Shown here piece after piece: positions 12,915-23,611 of a stretch of DNA of 64,000 nt; position 1 is the first letter of the stretch; every line of letters begins with the position of its first letter. Origin of the DNA: Escherichia coli (lineage in GTDB: Bacteria > Pseudomonadota > Gammaproteobacteria > Enterobacterales > Enterobacteriaceae); NCBI RefSeq assembly GCF_016026235.1, contig NZ_CP065613.1. One strand, written 5' to 3'. The translations under genes and the position numbers were made by a program. A model generated the notes under the pieces. The model was not told the DNA's origin. It searched no databases and saw nothing but the letters and a program-made list of their open reading frames with translations.

Positions 12915-14249
12915 TTATTTCTGCAATTCCATACGTTTAATGTCGCCAACTACGAAGAGGTAGCAGACCATCGCCATCAGCGCTGAACATCCCACGAAAA
13001 CCAGTGCTGCATTGAAGGAGTGCAGTTCACTTACCAGGTAGCCAATCACCAGTGGAGTGACAATGGAGGCAACATTGCCAAAGACGTTAAAGACGCCGCC
13101 GCAGAGGCCAACAATCTCTTTCGGCGCGGTGTCAGAAATTACCGGCCAGCCCAGCGCACCAAATCCTTTGCCAAAGAAAGCCAGCGCCATCAGCATGACC
13201 ACCAGCGTGGTGTTGTTGGTGTAGTTACATAAGATGATGGTGGAAGCCAGCAACATTCCCAGCACAATCGGTAGCTTACGTGCCAGGGTCAGGGATAAAC
13301 CGCGTTTGATCAGATAATCCGAGAAGACACCTCCCAGCACGCCGCCCGCAAAACCACACAGTGCTGGAATCGAGGCGACCAGACCCACTTTCAGAATCGA
13401 CATACCTTTTTCCTGCACCAGATAAATCGGGAACCAGGTGAGGAAGAACCAGGTGATGGTGTTGATAAAATATTGTCCGAAAAATACGCCCAACATCATG
13501 CGGTTAGAGAGCAATTGCTTGATGTAATGCAGTTTGGGTCCGCTTGCTGCCGCACTGCCCGGCTTTTTGTGGTCCATATCGACCACCGCGCCATTTTCAG
13601 AGATAAACTTCAGCTCTTCCGCAGACATACGTGGGTGATCTGTCGGGTTATGAATCAACTTGATCCACAGCGCCGTCAGCACAAAACCAATCACCCCCAT
13701 AACGGTAAAGACGTGCTCCCAGCCCCAGGCGAAAGTCAGCCAGCCAAGCAGAGGCGAAAAGAGCGCCAGCGAGAAATATTGCGCCGAGTTAAAGATGGCG
13801 GAGGCAGTACCACGTTCTTTCGTCGGGAACCAGGCGGCGACAATACGGGCGTTCGCCGGGAATGATGGCGCTTCCGAGAAGCCGAGCATAAAGCGCATAA
13901 AGAACATGGAGATCCCTGCCCAGGCCAGCGGGAACATATCAACAAAGCCTTGCAGGAAGGTGAATAGCGACCAGAAAAAGAGGCTATAGGTGTAAACTTT
14001 TTTCGAGCCAAACTTATCAAGCAGCCAGCCGCCGGGGATTTGCATCAGCAAGTAGGCCCAGCCAAAAGCAGAAAAGATGTAACCCATCGAAACCGCACTT
14101 AACTGCAACTCTTTTGCCACTTCGGTACCAGCAATAGACAGCGTTGCACGATCGGCGTAGTTAACGGCGGTAACAATAAAAATAATCAGTAATATTAAAT
14201 AGCGGGTATGCACGCCTTTCTTTTTTTCGTCAACGGTGTCCAGAATCAT
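12915..14249 (-). CDS. garP: galactarate/glucarate MFS transporter
   Basis: 444-aa polytopic membrane ORF. Confidence 0.85.
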   Translation of the reverse strand: MILDTVDEKKKGVHTRYLILLIIFIVTAVNYADRATLSIAGTEVAKELQLSAVSMGYIFSAFGWAYLLMQIPGGWLLDKFGSKKVYTYSLFFWSLFTFLQGFVDMFPLAWAGISMFFMRFMLGFSEAPSFPANARIVAAWFPTKERGTASAIFNSAQYFSLALFSPLLGWLTFAWGWEHVFTVMGVIGFVLTALWIKLIHNPTDHPRMSAEELKFISENGAVVDMDHKKPGSAAASGPKLHYIKQLLSNRMMLGVFFGQYFINTITWFFLTWFPIYLVQEKGMSILKVGLVASIPALCGFAGGVLGGVFSDYLIKRGLSLTLARKLPIVLGMLLASTIILCNYTNNTTLVVMLMALAFFGKGFGALGWPVISDTAPKEIVGLCGGVFNVFGNVASIVTPLVIGYLVSELHSFNAALVFVGCSALMAMVCYLFVVGDIKRMELQK

Positions 14250-14623
14250 TTTATTTACCTCGGGTACTTATGCTGATTTTTATTATTATGGGGAAGGTGT
14301 TATTTATGAGTTTCATTTATGCCGTAACGACAATGAACTCGGGAATTAGTATAAGCAGCGCGAGAATAATAATCATTGTGCAAATGCTAATTTAATTAAT
14401 GCTATTTAAATATTATTTTGAGCATATGCACATAAGGTTGCGCGCTAAAGCACAGATTTGCGCTTTACCTTGCCGGGCGGCACTGCAATCCCTGAAATGA
14501 TTGACATTGATCACATTTCTGCGTTTAAACTCCTGACATTCTTATTTCACCCAATGAAGTCATTTATTTTTAAATGAGACCAGGTCCTCATTTTAATAAC
14601 CCCTGGCTGGAGAATATTGCACA
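14250..14623. promoter_or_regulatory. divergent garPLRK / garD promoter region
   Basis: 374-bp AT-rich spacer between divergently transcribed gar genes; sites not resolved. Confidence 0.35.
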
Positions 14624-16195
14624 ATGGCCAACATCGAAATCAGACAAGAAACGCCAACTGCGTTTTATATAAAAGTTCACGACACAGATAATGTGGCAAT
14701 TATTGTTAATGATAATGGCCTGAAAGCAGGAACGCGTTTTCCGGATGGGCTGGAATTAATTGAACATATTCCCCAGGGGCATAAAGTCGCATTGCTGGAC
14801 ATTCCGGCTAATGGTGAAATTATTCGTTATGGCGAAGTGATTGGTTACGCCGTGCGTGCAATCCCACGCGGAAGCTGGATCGACGAATCAATGGTTGTAC
14901 TACCGGAAGCGCCGCCGTTACACACGCTGCCACTGGCAACCAAAGTCCCGGAACCCTTACCGCCGCTGGAAGGATACACCTTTGAGGGCTATCGCAATGC
15001 CGATGGCAGCGTGGGCACCAAAAACCTGCTCGGCATCACCACCAGCGTCCACTGTGTGGCAGGCGTGGTGGACTACGTAGTAAAAATCATTGAACGCGAT
15101 CTGCTACCGAAATACCCGAACGTCGATGGCGTGGTGGGGCTGAATCATTTGTACGGTTGTGGCGTGGCGATTAACGCACCGGCGGCAGTTGTACCTATCC
15201 GTACCATTCACAATATTTCGCTGAATCCTAACTTTGGCGGCGAAGTAATGGTGATTGGCCTGGGTTGTGAAAAGTTGCAGCCTGAGCGCCTGCTGACTGG
15301 AACGGATGATGTGCAAGCTATTCCAGTAGAAAGCGCCAGCATTGTCAGTTTGCAGGATGAAAAGCATGTCGGTTTTCAGTCCATGGTCGAGGATATTTTG
15401 CAGGTCGCCGAACGCCATCTACAAAAACTGAATCAACGTCAGCGAGAAACCTGTCCGGCTTCAGAACTGGTTGTCGGCATGCAGTGCGGTGGCAGCGATG
15501 CCTTTTCTGGCGTAACGGCAAACCCGGCGGTTGGGTATGCGTCTGATCTACTGGTGCGCTGCGGCGCAACGGTGATGTTCTCAGAAGTCACGGAAGTGCG
15601 TGACGCGATCCATCTGCTGACACCACGCGCAGTGAACGAAGAGGTCGGCAAACGGCTGCTGGAGGAGATGGAGTGGTACGATAGCTATCTCAATATGGGA
15701 AAAACCGACCGCAGCGCCAACCCTTCGCCGGGCAACAAGAAAGGCGGTCTGGCAAATGTAGTGGAGAAAGCGCTCGGCTCCATTGCTAAATCGGGTAAAA
15801 GTGCAATTGTTGAAGTGCTGTCGCCCGGTCAACGCCCGACTAAACGCGGATTAATTTACGCCGCGACGCCAGCCAGCGATTTTGTCTGTGGCACGCAACA
15901 GGTGGCTTCGGGTATTACAGTGCAAGTGTTTACGACCGGCCGTGGTACGCCGTACGGCCTGATGGCGGTACCCGTCATTAAAATGGCGACCCGCACCGAG
16001 CTGGCGAACCGCTGGTTTGATTTAATGGATATTAATGCGGGTACTATCGCTACCGGCGAAGAGACCATTGAAGAGGTGGGCTGGAAGCTGTTCCACTTTA
16101 TTCTCGACGTCGCCAGCGGGAAGAAGAAAACCTTCTCGGATCAATGGGGACTGCATAACCAGCTGGCGGTGTTTAACCCGGCACCGGTGACCTGA
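14624..16195 (+). CDS. garD: galactarate dehydratase
   Basis: 523-aa ORF. Confidence 0.9.
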   Translation: MANIEIRQETPTAFYIKVHDTDNVAIIVNDNGLKAGTRFPDGLELIEHIPQGHKVALLDIPANGEIIRYGEVIGYAVRAIPRGSWIDESMVVLPEAPPLHTLPLATKVPEPLPPLEGYTFEGYRNADGSVGTKNLLGITTSVHCVAGVVDYVVKIIERDLLPKYPNVDGVVGLNHLYGCGVAINAPAAVVPIRTIHNISLNPNFGGEVMVIGLGCEKLQPERLLTGTDDVQAIPVESASIVSLQDEKHVGFQSMVEDILQVAERHLQKLNQRQRETCPASELVVGMQCGGSDAFSGVTANPAVGYASDLLVRCGATVMFSEVTEVRDAIHLLTPRAVNEEVGKRLLEEMEWYDSYLNMGKTDRSANPSPGNKKGGLANVVEKALGSIAKSGKSAIVEVLSPGQRPTKRGLIYAATPASDFVCGTQQVASGITVQVFTTGRGTPYGLMAVPVIKMATRTELANRWFDLMDINAGTIATGEETIEEVGWKLFHFILDVASGKKKTFSDQWGLHNQLAVFNPAPVT

Positions 16196-16217
16196 TTTCT
16201 TTTGGAACGTCCCTCGC

Positions 16218-16245
16218 AAAACATGGCCTTAGTGCCATGTTTTTA
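16218..16245 (+). terminator. rho-independent terminator after garD
   Basis: hairpin acatggc-ctta-gtgccatgt followed by TTTT. Confidence 0.5.
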
Positions 16246-16335
16246 TTGTTTAAAGCCCCCACGTCCATTAATAATGCATTTGCATTACTTTGCTGAAGCT
16301 TATAATTTGAGCAGAAAACAGGCTGTAAAAGTACA

Positions 16336-16668
16336 GTGCCTAATGCCCGCTCTCACGCTGTACTGACCACTGAATCAAAGGTCACGATACGCGGACAAAC
16401 AACTATCCCCGCGCCAGTGCGTGAGGCCTTAAAACTGAAGCCAGGCCTGGACAACATTCATTACGAAATTCTGCCTGGTGGGCAAGTATTTATGTGCCGA
16501 CTGGGAGATGAACAGGAGGATCATACTATGAATGCATTTTTGCGTTTTCTGGATGCAGATATCCAGAACAACCCGCAAAAAACTCGTCCATTCGACATTC
16601 AACAAGGAAAGAAACTTGTCGCTGGCATGGACGTCAACATTGATGATGAGATTGGCGACGACGAATAA
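16336..16668 (+). CDS. prlF: type II antitoxin / transcriptional autoregulator PrlF (AbrB/SpoVT-like)
   Basis: 110-aa ORF with GTG start, acidic C-terminus DDEIGDDE; stop overlaps next ATG (TAATG). Confidence 0.85.
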   Translation: MPNARSHAVLTTESKVTIRGQTTIPAPVREALKLKPGLDNIHYEILPGGQVFMCRLGDEQEDHTMNAFLRFLDADIQNNPQKTRPFDIQQGKKLVAGMDVNIDDEIGDDE

Positions 16669-17132
16669 TGGATTTTCCACAAAGGGTTAATGGTTGGGCG
16701 CTATATGCTCATCCCTGTTTTCAGGAAACCTACGACGCTTTAGTTGCCGAAGTCGAGACATTAAAGGGAAAAGATCCTGAAAATTATTAGAGAAATGCCG
16801 CCACAAAGTTATTGGCAGCAGTTCACAAAGTGATTGAGGAGCATATCACGGTCAATCCATCATCACCGGCATTCCGTCATGGCAAGTCGTTAGGCTCTGG
16901 GAAAAATAAAGACTGGTCACGGGTAAAATTTGGTGCTGGTCGTTATCGTCTCTTCTTTCGTTATAGTGAAAAAGAGAAAGTCATCATTCTGGGATGGATG
17001 AACGATGAAAACACGCTGCGCACCTACGGTAAAAAAACAGATGCCTATACCGTATTCAGCAAAATGTTAAAAAGAGGACATCCTCCTGCCGACTGGGAAA
17101 CCCTCACCCGAGAGACAGAAGAAACCCATTGA
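16668..17132 (+). pseudogene. yhaV: YhaV ribonuclease toxin reading frame interrupted by in-frame TAG at codon 41 (16788..16790)
   Basis: ATG at 16668 gives MDFPQRVNGWALYAHPCFQETYDALVAEVETLKGKDPENY then TAG, then 113 further in-frame codons without stop. Confidence 0.7.
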
Positions 17133-17186
17133 TGGTGTTCACAATGCCCGCCGAACGCATTCGTGTTGACCAGCGGGCACCCTTTC

Positions 17187-17996
17187 TCACTCCCCGACCA
17201 GAATCACTTCAACCCCAGCCTTTCGCAGTCCTTCCAGACTATCCGCAGGAATGCCTTCATCAACAATGATCATGTCGATACGTTGAGTATCAATGATCTT
17301 ATGTAAACTGGAACGATTGAATTTACTGGAATCGGTGACCACGATGATCCGTTCCGCAACTTCGCACATCCGGCGGTTTAAACGGGCTTCATCTTCATTA
17401 TGTGTGCTGACGCCGCGCTCCAGATCGATCGCATCTACACCAAGAAACAGCATATCGAAGTGGTAATTTTGCAGCGATTGCTCAGCCTGATCGCCGTAAA
17501 AAGATTGCGACTGACGGCGCAAATGCCCGCCGGTCATCAGCAGCTCAACGCCTTCCGCTTCCAGCAACGCATTAGCCACGTTCATACCGTTGGTCATCGC
17601 AATTACGTCAGTGTGCTTGCGCATCAGACGAGCAATCTCAAAAGTGGTGGTCCCGGAATCGAGGATCACCCGATGACCTGGCTGAATCAACTCAACGGCA
17701 GCTTTCGCAACGCTGCGTTTCATCGCGGTGTTCAGTGCGCTTTTATCTTCCACTGATGGCTCGACTGACGGCGTCGTGCTATCGCAGATCAACGCGCCAC
17801 CATAGGCACGCACAGCGATCCCCTGCTTTTCCAGAAACGCCAGATCGTTGCGGATCGTCACAGTAGATACGCCATACAATGCCGACAGATCGTTAACCTG
17901 CACACTCCCTTGCTGTCGCAGACGCTGAATGATCTGTTCTCGTCGCTCGCTGGTGCCTGTCACTCGCTTCTCACCTGAAGCGTCGGTATTACTCAT
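17187..17996 (-). CDS. agaR: DeoR-family repressor of the aga regulon
   Basis: 269-aa ORF with DeoR HTH ([20 protein letters not shown]). Confidence 0.9.
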
Positions 17997-18244
17997 AGTA
18001 AGTCCTTTCGTAAAACTTTCGTTTCATTTCGTTTTGCCTATTAACGCCTTTCTATTAAGCAAATGCAAGCCCACCTTGCCCATTGACGCAAGCTACTCTC
18101 GTTTCAGTGACTTTCATTATGTTTCTTTTGTGAATCAGATCAGAAAACTATTATCTTTCGTTTTATTTTTATCTCACCATGACGCAGTATCAACTGAAAC
18201 AAAACGAAAGATTAATATCGCAGTAATCTGAACTGGAGAGGAAA
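17997..18244. promoter_or_regulatory. divergent agaR / kbaZ promoter with multiple CTTTCGTTT-type repeats (AgaR operator-like)
   Basis: Repeats visible: cctttcgtaaaactttcgtttcatttcgtttt, tatctttcgttttattttt, aaacaaaacgaaagatta. Confidence 0.6.
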
Positions 18245-19525
18245 GTGAAACATCTGACAGAAATGGTGAGACAGCACAAAGCGGGCAAAACAAATGGAAT
18301 TTATGCCGTTTGTTCCGCACATCCGCTGGTGCTGGAGGCTGCAATCCGCTACGCCAGTGCAAATCAAACGCCGTTACTGATTGAAGCAACCTCCAATCAG
18401 GTAGACCAGTTCGGCGGTTATACCGGAATGACGCCCGCCGATTTTCGCGGCTTTGTTTGTCAGCTCGCCGACTCGTTGAATTTCCCGCAGGATGCGTTGA
18501 TTCTGGGTGGTGACCATCTGGGGCCAAACCGCTGGCAAAACCTGCCGGCCGCTCAGGCAATGGCCAATGCCGATGATTTGATTAAAAGCTACGTTGCGGC
18601 AGGATTCAAAAAAATCCACCTTGATTGCAGCATGTCCTGTCAGGACGATCCAATTCCCTTAACTGATGACATCGTGGCTGAACGCGCCGCCCGTCTGGCG
18701 AAAGTGGCGGAAGAAACCAGTCTTGAACACTTTGGCGAAGCCGATCTGGAGTATGTCATTGGTACCGAAGTGCCGGTACCTGGCGGCGCGCATGAAACCT
18801 TAAGCGAGCTGGCGGTCACCACGCCGGATGCCGCCCGCGCCACGCTGGAAGCCCATCGTCACGCCTTTGAAAAGCAGGGTCTGAATGCCATCTGGCCACG
18901 CATCATTGCCCTGGTGGTTCAACCCGGCGTCGAATTCGATCACACCAACGTTATTGATTATCAGCCCGCCAAAGCGACCACCTTAAGCCAGATGGTCGAA
19001 AACTACGAAACGCTGATTTTCGAAGCGCACTCTACCGATTATCAAACGCCGCAATCGCTGCGCCAGCTGGTGATTGACCACTTTGCCATTCTGAAAGTTG
19101 GCCCGGCGCTGACCTTCGCCCTGCGTGAAGCTCTGTTCTCTCTGGCGGCGATTGAAGAAGAACTGGTGCCAGCAAAAGCCTGTTCTGGTCTGCGTCAGGT
19201 GCTGGAAAACGTGATGCTCGACCGCCCGGAATACTGGCAAAGCCACTACCACGGTGACGGCAACGCGCGTCGTCTGGCGCGTGGTTATAGCTACTCGGAT
19301 CGCGTGCGCTATTACTGGCCGGACAGCCAGATTGATGACGCTTTCGCTCATCTGGTACGTAATCTGGCGGATTCACCAATTCCGCTGCCGCTGATCAGCC
19401 AGTATCTGCCGCTGCAGTACGTGAAAGTTCGCTCCGGCGAGCTGCAGCCAACGCCACGGGAACTCATTATCAACCATATTCAGGACATCCTGGCGCAGTA
19501 CCACACAGCCTGTGAAGGCCAATAA
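18245..19525 (+). CDS. kbaZ: tagatose-1,6-bisphosphate aldolase non-catalytic subunit
   Basis: 426-aa ORF, GTG start with SD ggagagg. Confidence 0.9.
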   Translation: MKHLTEMVRQHKAGKTNGIYAVCSAHPLVLEAAIRYASANQTPLLIEATSNQVDQFGGYTGMTPADFRGFVCQLADSLNFPQDALILGGDHLGPNRWQNLPAAQAMANADDLIKSYVAAGFKKIHLDCSMSCQDDPIPLTDDIVAERAARLAKVAEETSLEHFGEADLEYVIGTEVPVPGGAHETLSELAVTTPDAARATLEAHRHAFEKQGLNAIWPRIIALVVQPGVEFDHTNVIDYQPAKATTLSQMVENYETLIFEAHSTDYQTPQSLRQLVIDHFAILKVGPALTFALREALFSLAAIEEELVPAKACSGLRQVLENVMLDRPEYWQSHYHGDGNARRLARGYSYSDRVRYYWPDSQIDDAFAHLVRNLADSPIPLPLISQYLPLQYVKVRSGELQPTPRELIINHIQDILAQYHTACEGQ

Positions 19526-19547
19526 GCAAAACAAAGAGGAACACGCT

Positions 19548-20021
19548 ATGCCAAATATTGTTTTAAGCCGGATTGATGAACGCTTGATTCACGGTCAGGT
19601 CGGCGTTCAGTGGGTCGGATTTGCGGGGGCAAATCTGGTGCTGGTAGCCAACGATGAGGTTGCCGAAGATCCGGTACAACAAAACCTGATGGAAATGGTA
19701 CTGGCAGAAGGGATCGCCGTACGTTTCTGGACGCTGCAAAAAGTTATCGACAACATTCATCGCGCCGCCGATCGACAGAAAATCCTGCTGGTTTGTAAAA
19801 CACCCGCCGATTTCCTGACGCTGGTGAAAGGTGGCGTTCCGGTGAATCGCATTAACGTTGGCAATATGCACTACGCCAATGGCAAGCAACAAATCGCCAA
19901 AACGGTTTCTGTGGATGCGGGCGATATCGCAGCATTTAACGACCTGAAAGCCGCTGGGGTGGAATGCTTCGTTCAGGGCGTCCCGACAGAGCCTGCTGTG
20001 GACCTCTTTAAATTACTTTGA
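19548..20021 (+). CDS. agaV: PTS N-acetylgalactosamine-specific EIIB
   Basis: ORF track 19512..20021; ATG at 19548 gives 157 aa, MPNIVLSRIDERLIHGQ. Confidence 0.85.
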   Translation: MPNIVLSRIDERLIHGQVGVQWVGFAGANLVLVANDEVAEDPVQQNLMEMVLAEGIAVRFWTLQKVIDNIHRAADRQKILLVCKTPADFLTLVKGGVPVNRINVGNMHYANGKQQIAKTVSVDAGDIAAFNDLKAAGVECFVQGVPTEPAVDLFKLL

Positions 20022-20031
20022 GGGATTCATC

Positions 20032-20811
20032 ATGGAAATCAGTCTGTTGCAGGCATTCGCGTTGGGCATTATCGCCTTTATCGCTGGCCTGGATATGTTT
20101 AACGGCTTAACCCATATGCACCGCCCGGTGGTCCTCGGCCCGTTAGTCGGGCTGGTACTTGGCGATCTGCATACCGGTATTTTAACCGGCGGTACGCTGG
20201 AACTGGTGTGGATGGGGCTGGCCCCGTTGGCGGGCGCACAGCCGCCTAACGTGATTATCGGTACTATCGTCGGCACGGCGTTTGCCATTACTACTGGCGT
20301 GAAACCCGATGTCGCAGTCGGTGTCGCCGTACCTTTCGCTGTCGCAGTACAGATGGGGATTACCTTCCTGTTCTCGGTGATGTCTGGCGTGATGTCTCGC
20401 TGCGACCGGATGGCGGAGAACGCCGATACTCGCGGCATTGAACGCGTAAACTATCTGGCACTGCTGGCACTCGGCACTTTCTATTTTCTCTGCGCTTTCC
20501 TGCCTATCTACTTCGGCGCGGAACATGCAAAAACCATCATTGATGTCCTGCCGCAACGATTAATCGACGGCCTCGGCGTCGCAGGCGGCATCATGCCAGC
20601 AATCGGTTTTGCCGTGCTGCTGAAAATCATGATGAAAAACGTCTACATCCCCTACTTCATCCTGGGCTTTGTTGCCGCAGCCTGGCTCAAGTTACCGGTG
20701 CTGGCTATTGCTGCCGCCGCGCTGGCGATGGCGCTGATCGATCTGTTGCGTAAATCTCCTGAACCGACTCAACCTGCGGCACAGAAAGAGGAATTTGAAG
20801 ATGGCATCTAA
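20032..20811 (+). CDS. agaW: PTS N-acetylgalactosamine-specific EIIC (full length)
   Basis: 259-aa membrane ORF. Confidence 0.85.
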   Translation: MEISLLQAFALGIIAFIAGLDMFNGLTHMHRPVVLGPLVGLVLGDLHTGILTGGTLELVWMGLAPLAGAQPPNVIIGTIVGTAFAITTGVKPDVAVGVAVPFAVAVQMGITFLFSVMSGVMSRCDRMAENADTRGIERVNYLALLALGTFYFLCAFLPIYFGAEHAKTIIDVLPQRLIDGLGVAGGIMPAIGFAVLLKIMMKNVYIPYFILGFVAAAWLKLPVLAIAAAALAMALIDLLRKSPEPTQPAAQKEEFEDGI

Positions 20812-21679
20812 TCAAACCACCCTGCCGAACGTCAGTGAAAACGAAGAAACATTGCTGACTGGCGTCAATGAAAACGTGTATGAAGATCAGAGCATTGGCG
20901 CGGAGCTGACGAAAAAAGATATCAACCGCGTCACCTGGCGTTCCATGCTGTTACAAGCGTCTTTTAACTACGAACGTATGCAGGCTTCTGGCTGGTTGTA
21001 CGGTCTGCTGCCTGCTCTGAAAAAGATCCACACTAATAAACGCGACCTAGCGCGCGCCATGAAGGGGCATATGGGTTTCTTCAATACCCATCCGTTTCTG
21101 GTGACATTTGTTATCGGCATTATCCTTGCGATGGAGCGTTCTAAGCAGGACGTTAACAGTATTCAGAGCACCAAAATTGCCGTCGGTGCGCCGCTCGGCG
21201 GGATTGGCGATGCAATGTTCTGGCTAACGCTACTGCCGATTTGTGGCGGGATTGGAGCCAGTCTGGCATTGCAAGGCTCCATTCTTGGCGCAGTCGTCTT
21301 TATTGTGCTGTTCAACGTGGTACACCTGGGGCTGCGTTTTGGTCTGGCGCATTATGCTTACCGCATGGGCGTGGCGGCGATTCCACTCATTAAAGCGAAT
21401 ACCAAAAAAGTCGGCCATGCTGCGTCTATCGTTGGGATGACGGTAATCGGTGCGCTGGTGGCAACCTATGTTCGTTTAAGCACCACGCTGGAAATCACAG
21501 CGGGCGACGCAGTGGTTAAGTTACAGGCTGATGTTATTGACAAACTGATGCCTGCCTTCTTACCGCTGGTCTATACCCTGACCATGTTCTGGCTGGTACG
21601 TCGCGGCTGGAGTCCGCTACGCCTGATTGCGGTTACCGTGGTTCTCGGCATCGTCGGTAAATTCTGCCATTTCCTTTAA
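20801..21679 (+). CDS. agaE: PTS N-acetylgalactosamine-specific EIID
   Basis: ORF track 20795..21679; ATG at 20801 gives 292 aa; overlaps agaW stop. Confidence 0.85.
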   Translation: MASNQTTLPNVSENEETLLTGVNENVYEDQSIGAELTKKDINRVTWRSMLLQASFNYERMQASGWLYGLLPALKKIHTNKRDLARAMKGHMGFFNTHPFLVTFVIGIILAMERSKQDVNSIQSTKIAVGAPLGGIGDAMFWLTLLPICGGIGASLALQGSILGAVVFIVLFNVVHLGLRFGLAHYAYRMGVAAIPLIKANTKKVGHAASIVGMTVIGALVATYVRLSTTLEITAGDAVVKLQADVIDKLMPAFLPLVYTLTMFWLVRRGWSPLRLIAVTVVLGIVGKFCHFL

Positions 21680-21696
21680 ATACAATGAGGTATTAG

Positions 21697-22131
21697 ATGT
21701 TAAGTATTATTTTGACAGGGCATGGCGGGTTTGCCAGTGGCATGGAAAAAGCAATGAAGCAAATCCTCGGTGAGCAATCGCAGTTTATCGCCATCGATTT
21801 TCCGGAAACCTCAAGCACCGCGCTGCTTACATCGCAGCTTGAAGAGGCCATCGCCCAACTGGATTGTGAAGATGGCATTGTTTTTCTGACGGATTTGCTG
21901 GGCGGCACGCCGTTTCGCGTAGCTTCAACGCTGGCGATGCAAAAACCGGGCTGTGAAGTGATCACCGGCACCAATTTGCAACTGCTACTGGAGATGGCGC
22001 TGGAGCGCGAAGGGTTAAGCGGTGAAGAATTCCGTGTACAGGCGCTGGAGTGTGGACATCGTGGGCTGACCAGTCTGGTGGACGAGTTAGGCCGCTGCCA
22101 TGAAGAATGTCCGGTCGAGGAAGGGATATGA
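21697..22131 (+). CDS. agaF: PTS EIIA component (mannose family)
   Basis: 144-aa ORF; stop overlaps agaA start (ATGA). Confidence 0.85.
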   Translation: MLSIILTGHGGFASGMEKAMKQILGEQSQFIAIDFPETSSTALLTSQLEEAIAQLDCEDGIVFLTDLLGGTPFRVASTLAMQKPGCEVITGTNLQLLLEMALEREGLSGEEFRVQALECGHRGLTSLVDELGRCHEECPVEEGI

Positions 22132-23261
22132 CACACGTTCTGCGCGCCAGAAGGCTGCTGACTGAAGAGGGATGGCTCGATGACCATCAGTTGCGTATTG
22201 CTGACGGTGTCATCGCAGCAATCGAACCGATTCCAGTGGGCGTGACTGAACGCGATGCGGAACTGCTCTGCCCCGCTTACATCGACACCCATGTACACGG
22301 TGGTGCGGGCGTTGATGTAATGGATGACGCGCCGGATGTGCTCGACAAGCTGGCAATGCACAAGGCACGCGAAGGTGTCGGCAGTTGGTTACCGACTACC
22401 GTAACCGCGCCGCTTAATACCATTCATGCGGCGCTGAAACGTATTGCGCAACGTTGCCAACGCGGCGGACCTGGTGCGCAAGTGCTGGGGAGTTATCTCG
22501 AAGGACCGTACTTCACGCCGCAGAATAAAGGCGCGCATCCGCCGGAGTTGTTTCGCGAGCTTGAAATTGCCGAGCTGGATCAATTGATTGCCGTTTCTCA
22601 GCACACCTTACGCGTGGTAGCGCTGGCACCGGAAAAAGAGGGGGCATTGCAGGCCATCCGCCATCTTAAACAGCAAAATGTACGAGTGATGCTGGGGCAT
22701 AGCGCGGCGACCTGGCAACAAACTCGCGCCGCGTTTGATGCTGGTGCCGACGGCCTGGTGCATTGCTATAACGGGATGACAGGTTTACATCACCGCGAAC
22801 CGGGAATGGTTGGCGCGGGATTAACGGACAAGCGCGCCTGGCTGGAACTGATAGCCGATGGTCATCATGTGCATCCGGCGGCGATGTCGCTGTGTTGTTG
22901 CTGTGCGAAAGAGAGAATCGTGCTGATCACCGACGCGATGCAGGCAGCCGGGATGCCGGATGGTCGCTATACGTTATGTGGCGAAGAAGTGCAGATGCAC
23001 GGTGGCGTTGTCCGTACCGCGTCCGGTGGGCTGGCGGGCAGTACGCTGTCTGTTGATGCGGCAGTGCGCAATATGGTCGAGTTGACGGGCGTAACGCCTG
23101 CGGAAGCCATTCATATGGCATCGCTGCATCCGGCGCGAATGCTAGGTGTTGATGGTGTTCTGGGATCGCTTAAACCGGGCAAACGCGCCAGCGTCGTTGC
23201 GCTGGATAGCGGGCTGCATGTGCAACAAATCTGGATTCAGGGTCAATTAGCTTCGTTTTGA
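22128..23261 (+). CDS. agaA: N-acetylgalactosamine-6-phosphate deacetylase (full length)
   Basis: ORF track 22107..23261; ATG at 22128 gives 377 aa, MTHVLRARRLL. Confidence 0.85.
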   Translation: MTHVLRARRLLTEEGWLDDHQLRIADGVIAAIEPIPVGVTERDAELLCPAYIDTHVHGGAGVDVMDDAPDVLDKLAMHKAREGVGSWLPTTVTAPLNTIHAALKRIAQRCQRGGPGAQVLGSYLEGPYFTPQNKGAHPPELFRELEIAELDQLIAVSQHTLRVVALAPEKEGALQAIRHLKQQNVRVMLGHSAATWQQTRAAFDAGADGLVHCYNGMTGLHHREPGMVGAGLTDKRAWLELIADGHHVHPAAMSLCCCCAKERIVLITDAMQAAGMPDGRYTLCGEEVQMHGGVVRTASGGLAGSTLSVDAAVRNMVELTGVTPAEAIHMASLHPARMLGVDGVLGSLKPGKRASVVALDSGLHVQQIWIQGQLASF

Positions 23262-23335
23262 TGGTTTGCTCCATTATTGGGCCTTCACTTCCCCCGTAAG
23301 GCCTTTCTTTTTCTTTCGTTTTGATCTGTGCAGCG

Positions 23336-23393
23336 GTGTCGGATGCGACGCTAACGCGTCTTATGCGACCTACGGTACGCCGCATCCGGCAAT
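23336..23393. repeat. REP-like palindromic element
   Basis: gtcggatgcgacgctaacgcgtcttatgcgacctac ... gccgcatccggc, REP-like dyad. Confidence 0.5.
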
Positions 23394-23399
23394 CGGTGA

Positions 23400-23611
23400 A
23401 CATAGCGACGTCATTACGCAATTCTTTAATCTTCCCTTGTCTTTTCTTTCAATGATCGCAGATTTCGTTTTATTTCCTTTTTCTCCATTGAACTTTCGGT
23501 TTCTTTTCTATAGATTTTAATCAACGAAAGACATCACCAAGTGAAATGAAACGAAAGGCAAGTGAAAGCGACAACGCCCGACGTCAAGTTCATCAGACTA
23601 AGGATTGAGTT
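23400..23611 (+). promoter_or_regulatory. agaS promoter region with CTTTCGTTT-type repeats (AgaR operator-like)
   Basis: Repeats: gatttcgttttatttcc, aactttcggtttcttttc, aacgaaagacatc, gaaatgaaacgaaaggcaagtgaaagc. Confidence 0.55.
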
